Shown in pieces: positions 11,783-21,347 of a DNA stretch of 54,394 bases (position 1 is its first letter; the number at the start of each line of letters is the position of its first letter). A model generated the notes under the pieces. That model worked only from the letters and a program-made list of their open reading frames with translations. It did no database searches and was not told where the DNA came from. Source of the DNA: a virus (taxonomy: Duplodnaviria > Heunggongvirae > Uroviricota > Caudoviricetes); the IMG/VR virus record IMGVR_UViG_2541047847_000004, one strand, 5' to 3'. The position numbers and the translations under genes are program-made.

Positions 11783-13618
11783 TTACCTGCCAAAGCGCGT
11801 ATAGCCAACATCATGGCTGACATCAAAACCGCTGGATCGCGTTTCCATAACCCGCATACCCGGAGGCGAATTCACAAAAGAGACCTTGATCTCACCATCA
11901 ACTTTTGGCGCAGTAGCTTTATTAATCATGAAGGGATTCGGGCCTGTGGCATCGGAGGCGTTGTTTGACTGAGCCAGATCTACCGCCGGATAAGGTGTGT
12001 ATCCCCGTGCCGGTATTCCCGTCCCATAAGCATCATAAGCACCCGCGCCCCACTGCGCAGAGTTAATGGCATCGACCGTGTCTCCGGAACTGTCGGTAAA
12101 CCACTCAATAATTGGCTTCAGCTTGTCCCACATATCCTGAAACCACTTAACAACCGGCCCCCAGTTATTGATCACCATCCCCAGCGGCGACCAGGCAAAA
12201 ACTTTCTTAAGGAGTTCCCAGCCAGCCTCAAAATAAGGACCAATGGTTTCCCAGAGTTTCTTAAAATAAGGTCCGACAACATCCCAGTTAGTGATAATTA
12301 ATCCCGCAGCCAGGGCTATCGCCGTCGCAATCATGCCAATCGGCGTCATCGACATGATCCTGCTGACAATACTGATGGCACCGCCAACTCCCATCAATCC
12401 CAGTTTCAGAATCGCAAGACCGGCAGCAAGCCCGACGACGCCGCGAATAACCCGGGGATTTTCATCCGCAAACTTCGTGAATTTTTCCCCCAACTCCCCC
12501 AGCCATTGCGTGATATTTTTAGCGTCACCAGAAAATGCGCCGCCAATAGCTGCAAGACCGTTAGTTGCGGTCCCCGTCATTGCCTCCCACAGGTTGGACA
12601 GCGTACCAAGCTGTGCCTGAACACGTTTATTCAGGCTGGCCTGTTTATTCATCTTCTGCTGGATCTGATCGTAACCATCCTTTCCTTTATCGATCAGAGC
12701 ATTGACCACCTGAAGGGTTTCGGCATCATCACCAAATATTGCCTTAAGTACACCTGTTCGCTTAACGTCGGTCAGTTTTCGCAGCTTTGCCAGTTGCTTA
12801 AACATGTTATCAAGACCGCCAAAACTCCCTTTGCCGTCAGTAAAATCGAGCTGCACTCCGAGTTTCTGGCGGGCCATGACTTTATTGACGTCCCTGATTT
12901 TCTTAACGCTTAATCCGGACTGGATAACTTTTCGCAGGGCATTACCTGCCGACTCCCCGTTCATCCCCATCTGATCCATCATGACGCTGATAGGGGCAAG
13001 GCTCTGTGCAGCCTGAAGACCGTCCTTATTCACCATCTTCAGAACAGAACTGGTTTTAGTGAAGAAGGACAACATGTTGGTATCGTCAACGCCCAGATAA
13101 AACGCTTTCTGGATAGTGTCGAACAGCCCCATCATGTCTTCTGACGCCGTTCCGGTAGCATCCTGCATCTTTGCAGCAAACTCGGCAGCCGCTTCCGGTG
13201 TTTTTTTCAGTTGTACCGCAAGATAAGCTGTCGCTTTACCCACACCACCCAGAATGTTTTCTGCCGGGATCCCCTGACGCACCAGCATCTGCATCATGTT
13301 CTGGAAATCAGCCGTTGTACCGGGTAGCTGGTTACCCAGGCCAATAGCCAGTTTATTGATGTCCTGAAAGCTCTTTCCAACCTCGCCGTTCGCATCCATC
13401 ATGGCGACTTTCAGCCCGGTGGCGGCGTTTTCCTGATCGGCATAAGATTTCAGGGAAAGCGTCAGACCCGCTGCCAGTCCGCCACCAAGCGGCAGCCCAC
13501 CCTGTGACGCTTCTTCCGCCTGGCGTTTAAATCCCCGGATTTTCTTTTGCATTTTCGACAGCGCCGGAGAAAGCCTGTCGACACCGGTGATCAACGCCTT
13601 AAGCTCAAATTCAGCCAT
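11783..13618 (-). CDS. Tail tape measure protein
   Basis: 611 aa, Ala/Gly-rich with predicted coiled-coil and C-terminal hydrophobic stretch; downstream of chaperone frameshift pair. Confidence 0.8.
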   Translation of the reverse strand: MAEFELKALITGVDRLSPALSKMQKKIRGFKRQAEEASQGGLPLGGGLAAGLTLSLKSYADQENAATGLKVAMMDANGEVGKSFQDINKLAIGLGNQLPGTTADFQNMMQMLVRQGIPAENILGGVGKATAYLAVQLKKTPEAAAEFAAKMQDATGTASEDMMGLFDTIQKAFYLGVDDTNMLSFFTKTSSVLKMVNKDGLQAAQSLAPISVMMDQMGMNGESAGNALRKVIQSGLSVKKIRDVNKVMARQKLGVQLDFTDGKGSFGGLDNMFKQLAKLRKLTDVKRTGVLKAIFGDDAETLQVVNALIDKGKDGYDQIQQKMNKQASLNKRVQAQLGTLSNLWEAMTGTATNGLAAIGGAFSGDAKNITQWLGELGEKFTKFADENPRVIRGVVGLAAGLAILKLGLMGVGGAISIVSRIMSMTPIGMIATAIALAAGLIITNWDVVGPYFKKLWETIGPYFEAGWELLKKVFAWSPLGMVINNWGPVVKWFQDMWDKLKPIIEWFTDSSGDTVDAINSAQWGAGAYDAYGTGIPARGYTPYPAVDLAQSNNASDATGPNPFMINKATAPKVDGEIKVSFVNSPPGMRVMETRSSGFDVSHDVGYTRFGR

Positions 13619-13793
13619 GTGTGCGTTTCTCCTGCTCTATCCTGTTTGCCTGACTGACCAGTAAGGGAATTTCACTGATCGGCATATTCAGCAATTCGAA
13701 AGGATTAATGCGCCAGTAACTGGCGCAGTCAAAGAAGCGATCAGTGAGGTATTCAGCCGTCAGGCCTGGAGGAAAAAACCGGCCACAAGCCAC
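13611..13793 (-). CDS. Tail assembly chaperone -1 frameshift extension
   Basis: ORF in the -1 frame overlapping the 3' end of the chaperone ORF; slippery site at 13772-13778 (gaaaaaa on + strand). Confidence 0.45.
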   Translation of the reverse strand: MACGRFFPPGLTAEYLTDRFFDCASYWRINPFELLNMPISEIPLLVSQANRIEQEKRTHG

Positions 13794-14029
13794 GCCGCTG
13801 CATTCAGGTCTGCCGGAGACATCTGGTCGACAGAGCTTTGCGGCACTTTCGCCAGCCGCACGATGTATTTCGATACCACATGCGCCAGAAGTCTGACGGA
13901 CTCATCCTGATTCATCTGGTAGGGATATCCCAGCTCGCGGACATCTTTCCCGGTGGGCTCATCAAACTCCAGTACGGAGAGTGTCTCGCCATGAGCGGTA
14001 ATCGGTTTCTTTAACTCAAGCTCTTTCAT
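13760..14029 (-). CDS. Tail assembly chaperone (frame-0 product)
   Basis: 89 aa between tail tube and tape measure genes; ends just after a T-TTT-TTC slippery heptamer. Confidence 0.6.
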   Translation of the reverse strand: MKELELKKPITAHGETLSVLEFDEPTGKDVRELGYPYQMNQDESVRLLAHVVSKYIVRLAKVPQSSVDQMSPADLNAAAWLVAGFFLQA

Positions 14030-14385
14030 TACTGGTAATCCCCTTCTTCACCGTGGAACTCAAGATCAACCGTGCCTTCTTCGGCATTATGGTTCGCTTC
14101 GCCGTGCAGCCAGGCAGACGACAGTACATAGACCTGACCGTTCGCCAGCTCGGCAGTGATTGTCATCTCATCAGACGAGGTGATTTTGTTCACCGGAAAA
14201 TTCTTCGGCACCTTGAAGGTCCCTTTGACATAAGGCGCACGGTGAGTTTCCTTGCGGTCCACTGAGCCGTCCAGGCCGATGATGTCATCATTGACCGTCC
14301 TGTTCATGGGCACCTCAATGCCGCCGGTCAGCGATAGCTGCTGACCGTCAATTTTGAAATAACAGGTTCCCCCGATACGGGCCAT
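14029..14385 (-). CDS. Tail tube protein
   Basis: 118 aa immediately downstream of the sheath gene. Confidence 0.7.
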   Translation of the reverse strand: MARIGGTCYFKIDGQQLSLTGGIEVPMNRTVNDDIIGLDGSVDRKETHRAPYVKGTFKVPKNFPVNKITSSDEMTITAELANGQVYVLSSAWLHGEANHNAEEGTVDLEFHGEEGDYQ

Positions 14386-15881
14386 TATGCAGACTCCTCT
14401 GAATACTGAAGACGGAACTGGTTAACCACGGCAAAGACACGCAACTGGTTAACATAGTCAGGCGGGAACAGCGTGTTCAGGCGGTTCGGATCGCTGGCAT
14501 CACGCTCCACAACCAGGTACTGCTTAAACAGTTCGTAGTTTTCCACGATCCCCGCACGCTCGAGCTGACGGTAGGTTGCCAGCAGTTCCCCTTTGATCAC
14601 CGCCGGGGTGACAATCGCCTGACCGGGACCAAAGCGGGTACCGTCACTGGCAAGCTTGTGACGCCCGTACTTACTGGTAATGACGGATTTCAGTTTGCGC
14701 AGTACATACGCACTGGTATGCAGCGTCTCGCTGTCGAGGTAGCTGTTATCCGCAACCCCGTAAGCATTTTTCCTGTACGTGGTGACATCACGCTGAATGC
14801 GCAGCACCCCGCTTTCGACATACGCCGTTGCCACGCCATGAGACAGCAGGGTCTGTTGTTCGGTCATCGTGAACCGTTTCCCCTTCGGCGCAGGCAGCAT
14901 ACCCACCAGCTCACCGGTCTGCGTGGGACGTGCCGGATCGTTGCGAATAAACACCGCTGCGCGGGCGGCACGGCTTGCCGCCAGCTCGTCGGCAGGCGTC
15001 TGGGTCTCTTTTTCGTACCCCGCCAGGGTAATGTGCTGCTGGTTAAACTGGTCACCTGCGGTCACCAGTTCTGACAGCGTGCCGATCTTTGCCGTATACA
15101 CATGACCATACAGCTGACGCGCATAGCTCCAGCGACCGCTGGTATCGTTCATCTCGGTCACCAGCGTGTTAACGGAGGCCGTGTCGTTGAACGGAAGACC
15201 GATATAATCAAACGGCTCATCCGCCATTGCAGCCACCGCGCCGGTGAGAACAGGAGCCCCCGTTCCGGCGGTCCCCGCCGCCACGGCAATCTGTACGCCC
15301 GCAGGCAGCACTTCTCCCCCACCGAAGCCGTAGTAATTGAGGCTGACTGGAATTTCATTCCCGCAAAGCCCCTTATGACGCGCGGTCAGTGTGACCACGC
15401 CAGCCGAAGATGAGGCCGTAAACGGCAGGGCCGGAACGGCATTGATGGCATCCTGGATACTGCCGGCAATCGTCGCGACGTTATCGCCATTGGTCACCGG
15501 TGCCTGCACGCGGGTACGTCCCACATAAACATTCACCGTGCCGGTTTCGGTTGCCGCCCCGGTCACCGTCAGCGTAACCGTTGCCGCCGCGCCTGTGGCT
15601 TCCGGAACGGCAATCACATACAGCTCGCCAAACGGGTCAGTCTGGCGATAAGCCTCGACCATACGCGCCAGCTGACTTCCCGCACCACAAATCTGGCGTG
15701 CATAGTCTGCCGACGGCATCAGTACCAGACTGTTGGCAACAATCTCTGCACCGTTATTGGCATGACCAATCAGCAGCGATGCTCCGCTGTCCTGTGCAGT
15801 ATTCGCCGCCTGGTTATCCATTTCCGCATAAAACAACGGAACCAGCGTATTCGACGGAATGGTGTTAAAGCTTATCGTCAT
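14385..15881 (-). CDS. Contractile tail sheath protein
   Basis: 498 aa, Mu gpL-like size and position. Confidence 0.85.
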   Translation of the reverse strand: MTISFNTIPSNTLVPLFYAEMDNQAANTAQDSGASLLIGHANNGAEIVANSLVLMPSADYARQICGAGSQLARMVEAYRQTDPFGELYVIAVPEATGAAATVTLTVTGAATETGTVNVYVGRTRVQAPVTNGDNVATIAGSIQDAINAVPALPFTASSSAGVVTLTARHKGLCGNEIPVSLNYYGFGGGEVLPAGVQIAVAAGTAGTGAPVLTGAVAAMADEPFDYIGLPFNDTASVNTLVTEMNDTSGRWSYARQLYGHVYTAKIGTLSELVTAGDQFNQQHITLAGYEKETQTPADELAASRAARAAVFIRNDPARPTQTGELVGMLPAPKGKRFTMTEQQTLLSHGVATAYVESGVLRIQRDVTTYRKNAYGVADNSYLDSETLHTSAYVLRKLKSVITSKYGRHKLASDGTRFGPGQAIVTPAVIKGELLATYRQLERAGIVENYELFKQYLVVERDASDPNRLNTLFPPDYVNQLRVFAVVNQFRLQYSEESA

Positions 15882-16035
15882 CGGTATTCACCTTTTTATT
15901 CACGCGCCGGATATCACCCGCTGCTTCACGGCGCAGCCAGTAGTTGTTCTCGTCAACATTTCGCCCTTCGGCGGGCAAAAGGTCGCCGCGGGCAGGATCA
16001 GGAACTGACCGCCCTTTAACAGGTTTGACAAACAT
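15865..16035 (-). CDS. Small tail-region protein (56 aa, not in ORF track)
   Basis: ATG at 16035 with GAGGA upstream; MFVKPVKGRSVPDPARGDLL...; overlaps sheath start. Translated by hand. Confidence 0.35.
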   Translation of the reverse strand: MFVKPVKGRSVPDPARGDLLPAEGRNVDENNYWLRREAAGDIRRVNKKVNTDDDKL

Positions 16036-16043
16036 GAGGATCC

Positions 16044-16604
16044 TCAGGAAGGAAGGGTTATTTCGGTGTGATGTTCGATATCGCCGTCAGGCCCGTTACC
16101 GGGCTCGAGATAATCAACATCAATCGCCAGCGTTTGCAGTTCATCCAGACTGTTCAGATCATCCTGCTGGCGGGTATCGTCTTCAGTCAGCTCGCTGATG
16201 ACCGAAAAATCGAACTGATAAATCAGCTCATGACGATTCAGATCCAGCAGCGTGCCGCCGTCATAGGTAATCGGGTTACCGCACGCCTCCGGGTTCCAGC
16301 CCAGCAGAGCCTTAAAGAGCATCTGCCGGACATCGTCCACCACATCATACGAGGCAAACTGACCGCGCTCATCACGCCCGTTACTCAGTATGACAACCAC
16401 GGAGAAACCCTCTTTCAGCTCCTGCCAGTAGTCGGTCTGGCTTTTGTTTTCTCCCGGAGAATCATCACCCGGTACAACATATGCCGCCGGGAGTTTCAGC
16501 TTTCCGACCTCCGGCAGATTTTTGAACTGGGCCGCGCCTGCAACCCGGTTTTCAAAATACGGACAGCGGGCACGCAGTGCAGCAATAACAGGCGTCAGTT
16601 TCAT
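16044..16604 (-). CDS. Phage virion protein (tail completion/terminator-like)
   Basis: 186 aa in the head-tail joining block; function from position only. Confidence 0.45.
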   Translation of the reverse strand: MKLTPVIAALRARCPYFENRVAGAAQFKNLPEVGKLKLPAAYVVPGDDSPGENKSQTDYWQELKEGFSVVVILSNGRDERGQFASYDVVDDVRQMLFKALLGWNPEACGNPITYDGGTLLDLNRHELIYQFDFSVISELTEDDTRQQDDLNSLDELQTLAIDVDYLEPGNGPDGDIEHHTEITLPS

Positions 16605-17107
16605 CTGTGTCGTCGCTCCGGCTTCAGTGATTTACGCAATTCCCGCGCCAGAAAATAGCGTGTCCAGCTGCGGTTCTTTTCAAGCGTTTCCACCATGAAG
16701 TTATTACGTGGAGCCAGTCGCCAGCCGCTGCCACCGGATGCGCCACGATGATGGCTGCGACGACGCTTTGCCCCTCGCCTCACGCCATAGAACAAAAAAG
16801 CCGGATAAAAATCACCGGTGATACGGCGGTTTCCCTCTCCATTACGCTGGTTAGGGGCTATACGTGCCATAAAACCAGGGCGATGTTTACTGGCTCTGGG
16901 TACCATGTAACCAATCGAACGAGCCAGGCGTCCGGTCTGATAACCGGGGTTTTCACCCGGTGCCGACCGCGCACGGCGCATCACCAGCCGACGGGCATCA
17001 CGCATATGACGCTGACCAATCGTGACAAACGCCCGCCGGACACGGGCGCGGTTAAAGCGCATCTCCGCGGGCTGCTGAAAATCAACGTGCAAAAAGGAAG
17101 TCGTCAT
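16601..17107 (-). CDS. Arginine-rich phage morphogenesis protein (HK97 gp10-like)
   Basis: 168 aa, position between head-tail adaptor and tail genes. Confidence 0.45.
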   Translation of the reverse strand: MTTSFLHVDFQQPAEMRFNRARVRRAFVTIGQRHMRDARRLVMRRARSAPGENPGYQTGRLARSIGYMVPRASKHRPGFMARIAPNQRNGEGNRRITGDFYPAFLFYGVRRGAKRRRSHHRGASGGSGWRLAPRNNFMVETLEKNRSWTRYFLARELRKSLKPERRHR

Positions 17108-17492
17108 TGTTGCCTCCGTGACTCTGCCTACATTCGCCCAGCTCCGTACACTCCAGCAGCAGAAAGCGCCGCGCCCCGTTCAGATCGCGCTGACGTTTCA
17201 CCCGGTACACACTGTCACCGCAGACCACCTCATAATCAGCGGTGATCCCCCGGCGGTAACGAATGGTGATGTAATGGGTGATGGCGTCCCCGGTCTGCGC
17301 GGTTTCCTGCCAGGTGGTGGCACTGGTCTGGATAACCTTCGCCCATGTCCGGAACGTAACCGGGTATTGAGGCTCCACGCCAAAGTTATCCGCGGGCATA
17401 TCCACCCGCAGGCGGATCAGGACGCATTTATTCAGTTCACCGGGGTCCGGCAGAATGTAAGTTGCGCTGGTCTGCGCCTGACGAATTTTCAT
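17082..17492 (-). CDS. Head-tail adaptor / head closure protein
   Basis: 136 aa, synteny downstream of connector gene. Confidence 0.5.
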   Translation of the reverse strand: MKIRQAQTSATYILPDPGELNKCVLIRLRVDMPADNFGVEPQYPVTFRTWAKVIQTSATTWQETAQTGDAITHYITIRYRRGITADYEVVCGDSVYRVKRQRDLNGARRFLLLECTELGECRQSHGGNNDDFLFAR

Positions 17493-17812
17493 TGCGGAAA
17501 GTACCTGTACGGGCCGACAAGCCAGCCAAAACTCTGCGGCATGTCGAGTTTCTCCACTTCCGTAACCGACGAGCGGTTTTCGTAAAAATGGCTGATAAGC
17601 ATCAGCATCCCCAGACGAATATCATCCGGCAGGTGCAGCCCGTCCGGATCGCTGTCCGGAATGGATTCATCCGGTGCATAGAGCTTCCGGTTCAGATACG
17701 TTTCCGTCCGCTTTTGCGCCGCACAGGCCAGCAGTTGCAGATGGCGGTCATCAGCATCGAAATCCTCATCCAGCCGGAGTTGGGCTTTAATCTCTTCCAT
17801 TGTCAGAAGCAT
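17489..17812 (-). CDS. Head-tail connector protein (gp6-like)
   Basis: 107 aa directly after the capsid gene block. Confidence 0.5.
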   Translation of the reverse strand: MLLTMEEIKAQLRLDEDFDADDRHLQLLACAAQKRTETYLNRKLYAPDESIPDSDPDGLHLPDDIRLGMLMLISHFYENRSSVTEVEKLDMPQSFGWLVGPYRYFPQ

Positions 17813-17814
17813 AC

Positions 17815-18015
17815 TCAGCTCTCTTTACTGGTCGTGGCTTTTTTCTCTTTTGCCGCTTTACTGCTTTTTGCACTGGTTCCGCGCTCAGCTAACCCGGCCT
17901 GAAGTGCAATCTCCTGCACCCGGGCAGGAAGCGCCCCGTCGTCATACTCACCGGCCCGAATGACCTCAACACGCATACCGTCCGGTGACCATTTCAGATC
18001 TTGTTTCAGGATCAT
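17815..18015 (-). CDS. Small phage protein downstream of capsid gene
   Basis: 66 aa, Lys/Ala-rich C-terminus; possibly capsid decoration or DNA-binding. Confidence 0.35.
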   Translation of the reverse strand: MILKQDLKWSPDGMRVEVIRAGEYDDGALPARVQEIALQAGLAERGTSAKSSKAAKEKKATTSKES

Positions 18016-18064
18016 GATTCTTCACCCGTCAGAACAGGGGGCGCGGTTCCGCGCCCCTGAATGA

Positions 18065-19270
18065 TTACGCCGCTGCAATCTTCAGCAGTTTGATGGCCTG
18101 CGAATCGACCAGCATCCCGCCGGTGCGCTTGGTGGTATAAAAACCGACAAACGGTTTATTGGTGTACGGATCACGCAGAATGCGGGTGCCGATACGGTCA
18201 ACGATGGTGTAACCCCGTTTGAAGTTACCAAATGCAATGGCTTTCGCATCAGCGGCGATATCCGGCATCTGTTCGTTTTCAGCGATACCGTAACCCGCCA
18301 GAGAGGACGGCTGCCCCAGTTCCAGCCCCGGACGCCACAGATAGTTACCCTCGGTGTCTTTCAGCAGACGGATGGCAAACAGGCTGTTGTTGTTCATCAT
18401 GAACTTCGCGCCAGTGCGGTGTGCCTTTCGCAGCGTGTAAATCAGTTTGATAATGGCGTCTGCGGTCACCGCGGTCGCTTCGCCGGATACAATATGCTGA
18501 AGTTTGCCGAACGCCCGGACCTTATCGGTTTCATCAGTGGATTCATACGCCAGGAACCCTTTCGGCTTCTTGGTACCATCGCCGGTGGTAAAGGCAATTT
18601 CTTCCTGTTCGGCAAATTCGGTTGCCAGCTCGCTGTTGATCCAGGCCTCCACGTTGAAGAAGGCATCATCCAGCATTTTCTGGGTGGCCTGCGGGTTGCC
18701 GTAGATTTCCCCCATGAGAGGTTCAATCAGCTCCAGTCTGGAGGTGGCAGTCTGGGATCGCGTATCCGTTTCCCCCACCCATCCGGAAGCCGTGCCGCCC
18801 AGATTCACCAGTTTTTTGTAGTCGGAACCGCCAACGGTGATCACCGTGGCTTCCTGGCGCATCACCACTTCATCTTTCAGCAGGGTGAGAATGTTGCGAT
18901 CCAGCGCTTCCGGCACGGCATAGCCACCGTCTTCATCGGTGCCCACCTGCAATGCCTTACGCTCCAGATCGCGCAGACCATCTTCACGGCCTTTACGCAA
19001 AAAGCCCACAAACGCTTCTTTATGCTCGGTGGCCAGTTTATTTTGCGCGCCACCTGCCGGACGTTTCAGCTCAAGCAGCTCTTTTTCAAGATCGCTTTTG
19101 AGATTTTCCAGCTCGCTGAGTTTCCCGTTCAGGGTTTCCACCTGCCCGGCAAGCTTGCCTTTTTCCTGCTCAATCGCATCCACGCGCTTGTCGTTCTTTG
19201 CTTTGAAGTCGTCAAACTTCTGCTGCAGCTCCTGCGCGACCTGTTCGACATCTTTAATATCTACCGCCAT
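18065..19270 (-). CDS. Major capsid protein (HK97 fold)
   Basis: 401 aa with N-terminal coiled-coil delta domain, downstream of prohead protease. Confidence 0.85.
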   Translation of the reverse strand: MAVDIKDVEQVAQELQQKFDDFKAKNDKRVDAIEQEKGKLAGQVETLNGKLSELENLKSDLEKELLELKRPAGGAQNKLATEHKEAFVGFLRKGREDGLRDLERKALQVGTDEDGGYAVPEALDRNILTLLKDEVVMRQEATVITVGGSDYKKLVNLGGTASGWVGETDTRSQTATSRLELIEPLMGEIYGNPQATQKMLDDAFFNVEAWINSELATEFAEQEEIAFTTGDGTKKPKGFLAYESTDETDKVRAFGKLQHIVSGEATAVTADAIIKLIYTLRKAHRTGAKFMMNNNSLFAIRLLKDTEGNYLWRPGLELGQPSSLAGYGIAENEQMPDIAADAKAIAFGNFKRGYTIVDRIGTRILRDPYTNKPFVGFYTTKRTGGMLVDSQAIKLLKIAAA

Positions 19271-19284
19271 CGTATTTCTCCTGA

Positions 19285-19971
19285 TTAGAAGTTCAGATTT
19301 TTCAGTGCATTCAGTGCAGAGCCCACATCCTCAGCGTCGCGCAGGGACAGTGCGCCATAGCCCCCGGCCATGAATGCTTTGGCCTGGGTACGGGAGAGTC
19401 CGACATCACGCAGGACTCTTTCGATTTTTTTCTGTTCGGGGATTTCCCCGCGGGCCAGCGCGTTCTTGACGTCGCTGATCCGCGCCTCGTCGTTAGACGG
19501 AAACGTCACCAGACTGACTTCCCAGAGGTCGATTTCTTTCAGCAGAAAGGCTTCTTTCGTCCGGTCGTATTCCCAGTCCTTCAGGACGTACCCAATAGAA
19601 AGGCCGGTTAACGAACCGGCCTTCATGTGTGCATGTGCGCGTTTTGCCAGGGGATCATCATCAATGAGCAACCGCCCCCTGACGTAAAGCCCGACATCGT
19701 CTTCCTTCATTTCGGTGTAAACACCGATGGGTTCATCCATGCGGTGCTGCCAGAGCAGCGCAGGTAACGCTTTTCTGTCACTCCACGCCCGCAGGGAAGC
19801 AGCAAATGCCCCGGACATCACCACATCATCGTGGCTGTCCTTTACACCAAAGACGGAGCCATACCCTTCAAACTCACCGGAGTCACTGACAGATTTCAGA
19901 CTCAGCGGTACATCAAGACGTTGTTTCGTCTGCATTGGCGTTATCCTTCTGCTTACCGGCTTTACTGCCAT
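19285..19971 (-). CDS. Prohead protease (HK97 family)
   Basis: 228 aa between portal and capsid genes. Confidence 0.75.
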   Translation of the reverse strand: MAVKPVSRRITPMQTKQRLDVPLSLKSVSDSGEFEGYGSVFGVKDSHDDVVMSGAFAASLRAWSDRKALPALLWQHRMDEPIGVYTEMKEDDVGLYVRGRLLIDDDPLAKRAHAHMKAGSLTGLSIGYVLKDWEYDRTKEAFLLKEIDLWEVSLVTFPSNDEARISDVKNALARGEIPEQKKIERVLRDVGLSRTQAKAFMAGGYGALSLRDAEDVGSALNALKNLNF

Positions 19972-21154
19972 CGGAGGGTTTCGTGGTCATGTTCATCGGT
20001 GTGAGATAGACATCACCACCGGGACGCGGATTCATATCTTCCAGGTCGCGGCAGTCATTGGGAGAGTAAATTCCCCAGTTGATCCCGGTGGCGTAGGCTT
20101 CAAAACGGGACTTCATATCCCCGCGCAGTAACGCCCCGGCGTTAAATTTGGCGTAATAAACGCCCTGCTTACTTTTTCGTACCAGTCCGGTGTTGATCCG
20201 CTGTTCGATGCGGGTCAGATACGGCACCAGTGAATAGTTGATAAATCCCAGCCCCAGCTCTTCGATATTGTTGAAGGTGGCGCGATCGGTGTTCTGCACC
20301 ATGTGCAACGGCACCCGGAACAGACGACAGATTTCTTCAAGCTGAAACTTGCGGGTTTCCAGGAACTGGCTGTCCTCGGCGTTCAGCGCCATCGACTTCC
20401 AGTCCAGCCCCATCTCAAGGATCATCGGGCGGTGAGCATTGCCAAGCCCGGTGTGACGCTCCTCAAAATCTTTCTTCAGGCGCTCATAAGCCTGATCTGA
20501 CAGCGTCTGCTCTGTACGCAACACACCCGACGTCACCGCGCCATTGCTGAACAGTCTGGCCCCGTGCTCTTCGGTCGCTGCCGCCAGCGATATTGCCTCG
20601 CGGGCATAGGCGATGGGATTCAGCCCCACCAGTCCGTCCAGCGTCAGCGTGCGCACATGCCAGATATCCTCCTGGCTCAGTACATCCGTGGAGCCATCCG
20701 GGAATGTGACCTGATAGACCGGCTCCCAGCTACTGTTAAGCTTCGGTACCACACAGCCGGGATCGACGGGCAGCAGTTCAGCCACTTCGCCAAATGCTTT
20801 CACTTTGTAGGCGTAAAAGTTTCCCCGCAGGCACAGACAGGTGACCACCAGCTCCCAGAACTCCTGCGGCGTCATATAGCCATTGGGATGCGTGGAGATC
20901 AGCTTATGCAGACGTTCGCCAGTGGCTCTCTGCTTCAGGCTGCCGTTCAGGTGATACAGGTTGCAGGGCAACATCCCGACCGACTCCGCCAGCACCCTGA
21001 CACAGGAAAAAACCGCCGTCAGTCGCATGGCCCGCTGGCTGCTGATCTGCTTTCCGGTATAGGTGTCGTAGGACAACCCGATAGCATCCGCCAGCTCTGC
21101 TGGCGTGGTCACCGGTGCGTCACTTTTTCGTTGAAATAATCCCGAAAAGAACAC
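19913..21154 (-). CDS. Portal protein
   Basis: 413 aa downstream of terminase large subunit. Confidence 0.85.
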   Translation of the reverse strand: MFFSGLFQRKSDAPVTTPAELADAIGLSYDTYTGKQISSQRAMRLTAVFSCVRVLAESVGMLPCNLYHLNGSLKQRATGERLHKLISTHPNGYMTPQEFWELVVTCLCLRGNFYAYKVKAFGEVAELLPVDPGCVVPKLNSSWEPVYQVTFPDGSTDVLSQEDIWHVRTLTLDGLVGLNPIAYAREAISLAAATEEHGARLFSNGAVTSGVLRTEQTLSDQAYERLKKDFEERHTGLGNAHRPMILEMGLDWKSMALNAEDSQFLETRKFQLEEICRLFRVPLHMVQNTDRATFNNIEELGLGFINYSLVPYLTRIEQRINTGLVRKSKQGVYYAKFNAGALLRGDMKSRFEAYATGINWGIYSPNDCRDLEDMNPRPGGDVYLTPMNMTTKPSDGSKAGKQKDNANADETTS

Positions 21155-21336
21155 TATTTACCTCCGCCGACAGACGACTGTGTACGGTCGAGATATCGCG
21201 CCACCAGCCACGACCAGAACAGACACAACGCCCCGGCAACAACAAACCCCGCCGGGGGATAAATCAGCCAGGCACCATACGCCAGCAAAAGCGCCCCCAG
21301 CACGCCCACCAGAGGCGCGAGAATCAGCATGATCAT
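21154..21336 (-). CDS. Small hydrophobic protein between terminase and portal
   Basis: 60 aa, two predicted TM helices. Confidence 0.35.
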
Positions 21337-21347
21337 AATTACCTCAG

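Noticed and set aside
12291-12913. Antisense ORFs inside the tape measure gene
   Set aside because: Lie opposite a long well-supported CDS; typical GC-rich antisense artefacts.
18419-19373. Long antisense ORFs opposite the major capsid gene
   Set aside because: Low-complexity translations opposite a strongly supported capsid CDS.
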